Below are positions 59,373 to 64,000 of a stretch of 64,000 nt of DNA, piece by piece. A program made the position numbers and the translations under genes. The first letter of the stretch is position 1, and each line of letters opens with the position of its first letter. The notes below the pieces were generated by a model. That model made no database searches and was not told where the DNA came from. It worked only from the letters and a program-made list of their open reading frames with translations. Source of the DNA: Spirochaetia bacterium (GTDB taxonomy: Bacteria; Spirochaetota; Spirochaetia; SZUA-6; Bin103); assembly GCA_965208575.1 (NCBI GenBank), contig CBDBOV010000005.1, positions 64,001 through 128,000 of the forward strand, read 5' to 3'.

Positions 59373-60324
59373 ACCGCACCCTCGGATCCAGGACCGCGTA
59401 CACCAGGTCGATCAACAGATTGATTGCCAGAACAGCGACGCCGAAAAACAGGTTCGTACCCTGGACCACCGGGTAGTCCCGGTCTCGCAGGGCATCGAGC
59501 ATGAGACGACCGAGCCCCGGCAGGTTGAAGATGTTCTCCATGATCACGGCGCCGCCCACCAGGATCGGCAACTGCAGGCCGACCAGGGTCACCACCGGGA
59601 TCAGGGTATTCTTGATGGCGTGTCTGATCACCACGACCCGTTCTCCCAATCCCTTGGACCAGGCGGTGCGGATGTAGTCCTGGCGAAGCACCTCCAGCAT
59701 CATGGTGCGCGTCATCCGCATCGTGCTCGCCGACATGGCCGTGCCCAGAATCAGGCTGGGAATGAGGAATACGCCGATATTGCCGAGCGGGTCTTCGAAG
59801 AACGGAATAAGCTCCATCGGGGGTGACCAGCTCCACCAGATGCCGGGGTATATCATGACCATGATTCCGAGCCAGAAGTTCGGCATGGCCAGGCCGATGA
59901 TGGCGATGGAACGCCCCGCGTAATCAGCGGCCGTGTCCTGGCGAACGGCAGAGTAGATGCCGACCGGCAGCGCAATCAGGAGGCCGAAGAAGATGGCCAG
60001 GAGGCCGAGTTCCAGCGTGACCGGCAATCTCCCCAATATCCGCTCCGCTACCGGCACCTCGTGCATCAATGAGTTGCCAAGGGTGCCGTGCATGAAAATA
60101 TCTCTTGACCAGCGTCCGTACTGCACCCACACCGGCACGTCCAGTCCCAGCTTCTTGGCCAGCGCTTCCCGGTCCACCACGCTGACGTCGAAGTAGCCCA
60201 GCCTCAGCACCATGGCGTCCATGACATCGCCCGGGATGAAGCGCACCGAGAGAAAGACCAGAACGCTCAATATGAACAGGGTTGGGATGAGCAGCAACAG
60301 TCTCCTGATGATATAGGCGCGCAA
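59365..60324 (-). CDS. DppB/OppB-type ABC permease
   Basis: QDYIRTAWSKGL and IFNLPGLG motifs; TTG start. Confidence 0.92.
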   Translation of the reverse strand: MRAYIIRRLLLLIPTLFILSVLVFLSVRFIPGDVMDAMVLRLGYFDVSVVDREALAKKLGLDVPVWVQYGRWSRDIFMHGTLGNSLMHEVPVAERILGRLPVTLELGLLAIFFGLLIALPVGIYSAVRQDTAADYAGRSIAIIGLAMPNFWLGIMVMIYPGIWWSWSPPMELIPFFEDPLGNIGVFLIPSLILGTAMSASTMRMTRTMMLEVLRQDYIRTAWSKGLGERVVVIRHAIKNTLIPVVTLVGLQLPILVGGAVIMENIFNLPGLGRLMLDALRDRDYPVVQGTNLFFGVAVLAINLLIDLVYAVLDPRVRYD

Positions 60325-60367
60325 TCACTTCTCCGTTGATGCTCAGAACTGTCGCTCCGACAATGCG

Positions 60368-60409
60368 GAGGAGCCGGGAAATCCACGCGGCGGCGGTTCC
60401 CAGCTCCTC
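60368..60409. terminator. intercistronic hairpin after the SBP gene
   Basis: GAGGAGCCGGGAA...TTCCCAGCTCCTC, related to the hairpin at 51456-51500. Confidence 0.6.
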
Positions 60410-60453
60410 GCTGTCAGATACGTGGGCGAGGCTGCTCTCGCCGGCAGCCCGGG

Positions 60454-62265
60454 CTAGAAGCCCATCGACTCCTTCAATTCCTGGTCGATCCAGAGGCGGG
60501 CGAAGATGTTCACGGAGCGGTCCTGGCGTGAAACCTGGCCTTCCCCGTTGTAACCCTTCACCCAGGGCTGGGTCGCGCTGTAGCTGGGCGCTTTTGGCCC
60601 CCACAGCACCCAGTGTTTCGCCATGATGTACATGTCAGCCTGTTTGGCCGCCTGCTGCTGCTCCTCGACGGTGGTAGCGGCTGCGGTGGCCTCATACAGG
60701 GCGTCATACTCCGGGTCCTGCGGTCCGGGGGGGCTCCAGGAAGCTTGCGAGTAAAACGTCAGCAGCGGCACCAGCGGCGGATAGTCAAAGGCGCCGGCGG
60801 TCAAACCGAACAACAAGCCATCGAACGTATGTTCTCGCGCCATGGCGGCGCCGGTCGGCGTGTCCATCGTGGTGATCTCGGCTTCAATGCCGATGGCGGA
60901 CCAGTAGGCGACCTGCAATTCCGCATAGCCCAGATCGGCGCGGATGCCCGGATCGACGAGGTTGAAGGGAAGCCTGAATCGAACACCGTCATCGCCGCGC
61001 GGGTAACCCGCCTCATCGAGCAATGCCTCCGCACCTTCCGGGTCATACCGATAGGTTCTTCGGACCTCTTCGGGCCATTCGTCGAGTGGCGTGTTGTAGC
61101 CGGGGACGCCCGTTCCTATCATCCCCTGAGGCTGCCAGTCGGCCGCTCCCCCCAGGTAGGTTTCGTTGATCGTCTCGAGGTCCAGGGCCATCTGCATGGC
61201 TTGGCGCACCCTGACGTCGTTGGTGGGCGACTCCACGCGCGCGTTGAAGGTGGGATTCAGACGCGCCAGGACATCCCAACTGTGCAGCGTGATTTCGGGG
61301 TTGGTCTTGCGCAGGCTCTCGGCGTCGTCAAGAGACCTGATCGCGCCGCCAATGAACCCAAGGTGATCCACCTTCCCGGAGCGCAGTGCGGCCAGCCATG
61401 TTGCCTTTTCCTTGATGATCAGGGCCTTCAACTCGTCGATGTAAGGCAGGCGGTTCTCCGGGTACTTCTCGTCGTTGCGCCAATAGCCGGGGTTCTTCGT
61501 ATGGGTGAAGGAACTGCCCTCGACGAAGTCGGTCAGCTCATAGGGTCCGGTGCCGACCACGTTCCGCCAGTCATTGACATCGCCGTGTTGCTCGACCACC
61601 TCGGGAGGATTGATGAACGCACCCCAGTGGTTGAGGGAATCGCTCAGGAACGTGATGCTTGGCCTGCTCAGCTTCATCACCACCGTCCATTCGTCGGTGG
61701 CCGTTACCGATTCAACGGGTTCCCTGCCGAATTCTTCAAGAGCGGTGCTCCCTGCTCCACTGAATTCGCCCAGGCCGTAATAGCGGTGAAAGTTGTATTC
61801 GATGTCCTTGGCGGTGAGCTCGCGACCGTTCATCGGCGCCTTGTCGTGCCAGTGAACACCCTGGCGGATTGTGAAGACATACGTCAGCGGGTCGGGCCGC
61901 GACCAACTTTCCGCCAGCAGCCCGGTAAAGGCAAATTCTGGAATGAACAGGGGATGGAAGTTGAAGACGTCCCGGTCTATGGCCCAGTTTCCGATGCCGA
62001 GCTTCTCGATAACGCCACTGATGAGGTAGCCCGCACCAGCCCCGAACCAGGCGTCAGTCCGATTCGGATCGCCCGAAAAGACGTAGGTCAAGGTGCCGCC
62101 GTACTCGGGCGCAGTGACCATCTCGCCGGTGGTCGGATCGAGCACCATCTCCTTCTCCATCGCCGCGGCCGGCTCCTCCTCTGCGGCGGCAGCCCAAAGG
62201 CCGGTCGCGGCCAGGCTGAGCACGAGCGCAAACACGAAGGTGTGTGCGATTCTCGAAAGATTCAT
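60454..62265 (-). CDS. family 5 ABC substrate-binding protein
   Basis: Signal peptide; PEYGGTL, LAESW and VGTGPY motifs; GGAGGAG RBS. Confidence 0.93.
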   Translation of the reverse strand: MNLSRIAHTFVFALVLSLAATGLWAAAAEEEPAAAMEKEMVLDPTTGEMVTAPEYGGTLTYVFSGDPNRTDAWFGAGAGYLISGVIEKLGIGNWAIDRDVFNFHPLFIPEFAFTGLLAESWSRPDPLTYVFTIRQGVHWHDKAPMNGRELTAKDIEYNFHRYYGLGEFSGAGSTALEEFGREPVESVTATDEWTVVMKLSRPSITFLSDSLNHWGAFINPPEVVEQHGDVNDWRNVVGTGPYELTDFVEGSSFTHTKNPGYWRNDEKYPENRLPYIDELKALIIKEKATWLAALRSGKVDHLGFIGGAIRSLDDAESLRKTNPEITLHSWDVLARLNPTFNARVESPTNDVRVRQAMQMALDLETINETYLGGAADWQPQGMIGTGVPGYNTPLDEWPEEVRRTYRYDPEGAEALLDEAGYPRGDDGVRFRLPFNLVDPGIRADLGYAELQVAYWSAIGIEAEITTMDTPTGAAMAREHTFDGLLFGLTAGAFDYPPLVPLLTFYSQASWSPPGPQDPEYDALYEATAAATTVEEQQQAAKQADMYIMAKHWVLWGPKAPSYSATQPWVKGYNGEGQVSRQDRSVNIFARLWIDQELKESMGF

Positions 62266-62593
62266 ACTGATCTCTCCTCCATTTTCCGATTTGAGAGTTC
62301 TACCGTGGCGAGTTGCCGGTTCTCTGCCACTCTCGCGCCCGCAACGCGGGCGGCCAAACAGGGAGGGCAATCTCCGGTGGTCACGCACGCGACCCGAGCT
62401 TCATGAACTCGGGCCGCGCGCATGGTGAGGTTCGTGCGGTTAGTGCGGTTCTTTGAGTATCAGCGTGCACCTCCCTGTTGAGCGGACTTGGGCGGAAGCC
62501 GCTGCGTCATCAGCGGCACAGGTGGCGACAGAGTGGTGGATGTGGCTCGGTGAGCGTAAAGAGCGGTCAGTTACCGGGTGCCTGGTTTGTTGC

Positions 62594-62628
62594 GGAGCAG
62601 GACGGAGCAGGACGGAGCAGGACGGAGC
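62594..62628. repeat. 10-bp tandem repeat (GGAGCAGGAC) x3.5 in the SBP leader
   Basis: Read directly from the sequence. Confidence 0.85.
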
Positions 62629-62699
62629 GCTAGCGTTCGCGGCTAACGGGCGGCTGCGGTGGGCTGTGTGATCGCGCTTCATCCGCGTACCAAGCCGCC

Positions 62700-62727
62700 A
62701 TTCTACCACGCGCCCGGCACCCGTCAA
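62700..62727 (-). promoter_or_regulatory. sigma70-like promoter
   Basis: TTGACG-N16-TAGAAT with a TG extension. Confidence 0.6.
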
Positions 62728-62741
62728 GCGCGCGGCCCACG

Positions 62742-62846
62742 ATGGAAGCGTTCGGCCAGCTCGATCTGCTGGTGAACAACGCCGGGGTCGCGCAGCCGGG
62801 CAAGACACTGGAGCTCACGATGGACGACTGGCACTGGGATGGGGCC
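62742..62846 (+). pseudogene. internal fragment of an SDR oxidoreductase
   Basis: EAFGQLDLLVNNAGVAQPGKTLELTMDDW. Confidence 0.7.
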
Positions 62847-62872
62847 TCGTCATCCTCCTGAGCGGCGACGGT

Positions 62873-63202
62873 CTATTGCCGGGGGCTGCCGGTGCCGGTC
62901 GCTGGCACCGTCTCCTGGCGCGCTTCCCGCTCCGGCGGCGGTTCTGTGGAAGGCTCCGGGCGCCACGGCCCCAACACCGCTCCTTCGATGCGCGACAGGC
63001 GGCGATCGATATCCGTCACGTCTCGCCTCAGATCGTTCAAGGTCGCTTCCATGCGGTCCATGCGCTGATCCATGGGGTCCATGCGGGCGTTCAGGGTGGC
63101 CTGCGTGGTGCGGTGCGCGCCCAGCAACGCGAAGCCGAAGGTCAGGATCGCCGCCAACAGCGTTACTCCGACGCCCAGCACCGCGATGGTATCGCCGCTC
63201 AT
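62873..63202 (-). CDS. small single-TM coiled-coil protein, copy 1
   Basis: Hydrophobic IAVLGVGVTLLAAILTFGFALL; heptads MDPMDQRMDRMEATLNDLRRDVTDIDRRLSRIEG; GAGGTG RBS. Confidence 0.75.
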   Translation of the reverse strand: MSGDTIAVLGVGVTLLAAILTFGFALLGAHRTTQATLNARMDPMDQRMDRMEATLNDLRRDVTDIDRRLSRIEGAVLGPWRPEPSTEPPPEREARQETVPATGTGSPRQ

Positions 63203-63713
63203 GCCGTTATCACCTCACCCACTCCTGATGATCACAGCATATACCGATGGGGAGGATAGCGTCACGCCCGTACAGGCGAACGAAGGCGAACGAGGCGAAC
63301 CCACCATCCAGCCATGCGCGAGGTCTGCCGCCGCAGCGCCCCGACCGATAGCGCTTGCAGCCGGGACCACGGTCGCGGTGGGTCACCTTCGCGCGGGAGG
63401 TGTAGTCGCCCCACCTTTCCAACCGCCTGTGCGCCGTAGGCGCCGAGCCGGCCGCTGCCGCCGCGCAGCCGCGGCTTGGAACTCTTCGAACTTGGCCCTG
63501 TACCACTCGTTGTCGACCTCGGAGGTGTTCCATGATGTCCCGAGGAATTTCCCCAAAATGCCACGTGCGGCGCCCTTGTAAGCCCCTTCCGCGGTGATGA
63601 GCTCATAGCTCTTTCCATCTGTTCTTGCGGCCACGTGCTCAGCCGGCGCGGGCTCAGAATATCGTCCAGGAGAACAACCCACCCATCTCGTCATCCTCCT
63701 GAGCGGCGAGGGT

Positions 63714-64000
63714 CTATTGCCGGGGGCTGCCGGTGCCGGTCGCTGGCACCGTCTCCTGGCGCGCTTCCCGCTCCGGCGGCGGTTCCGTGGAAGGCTCCGG
63801 GCGCCACGGCCCCAACACCGCTCCTTCGATGCGCGACAGGCGGCGATCGATATCCGTCACGTCTCGCCTCAGATCGTTCAAGGTCGCTTCCATGCGGTCC
63901 ATGCGCTGATCCATGCGGTCCATGCGCTGATCCATGCGGTCCATGCGGGCGTTCAGGGTGGCCTGCGTGGTGCGGTGCGCGCCCAGCAACGCGAAGCCGA
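63714..64000 (-). CDS. small single-TM coiled-coil protein, copy 2 (5' end outside the window)
   Basis: Near-identical to copy 1 with one extra 21-bp MDQRMDR unit; the repeat unit starts at 62847 and 63688. Confidence 0.75.
   Translation of the reverse strand, partial: GFALLGAHRTTQATLNARMDRMDQRMDRMDQRMDRMEATLNDLRRDVTDIDRRLSRIEGAVLGPWRPEPSTEPPPEREARQETVPATGTGSPRQ

Noticed and set aside
62594-62628. Short repeats considered as a CRISPR array (also 3446-3562, 57355-57375, 63275-63300)
   Set aside because: Contiguous tandem units without unique spacers, and no cas genes in the window.
62847-64000. Diversity-generating retroelement TR/VR pair (also considered for 1-65 versus 5881-5945)
   Set aside because: No reverse transcriptase in the window, and the differences are not confined to adenines.

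Overview
High-GC bacterial chromosomal window. The ABC substrate-binding protein N-termini, the swf-type PKS and the sulfatase/GH32/amidohydrolase content resemble a marine-sponge symbiont, possibly a Spirochaetaceae MAG; this is inference only. Catabolic genes (sulfatase, PhyH, two GH32, enolase-superfamily, SDR/AKR/MDR, amidohydrolases, GGT, class III aminotransferase, three Dpp/Opp-type ABC modules without ATPases) are interleaved with small accessory cassettes and gene stubs. Highlights: (1) a mono-modular highly reducing type I PKS (KS-AT-DH-psiMT-ER-KR-ACP) followed by a thioester-reductase/sulfotransferase gene (swfA/swfB-like). A small lead gene upstream of it is split by an ISKra4/ISLre2-like IS, and an APS-kinase remnant lies nearby. 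(2) A 5.9 kb conflict islet (HicB, two RlaP-type nucleotidyltransferases, Rpn-like nuclease, decayed TOTE primase-helicase, DUF433) bracketed by a duplicated gene 3' end. (3) Four intact antitoxins whose toxins are stubs or absent. (4) An NCS2 permease fused to a degenerate RsbW-like domain. (5) A subtilase lipoprotein with a propeptide-like domain at the C-terminus. (6) An identical 121-bp leader upstream of two ABC operons, one of them collapsed by deletion. (7) Tandem TM/coiled-coil mini-genes that differ by one 21-bp unit. I recognised no rRNA, tRNA or CRISPR array. All family calls come from motif recognition by eye, not database searches.
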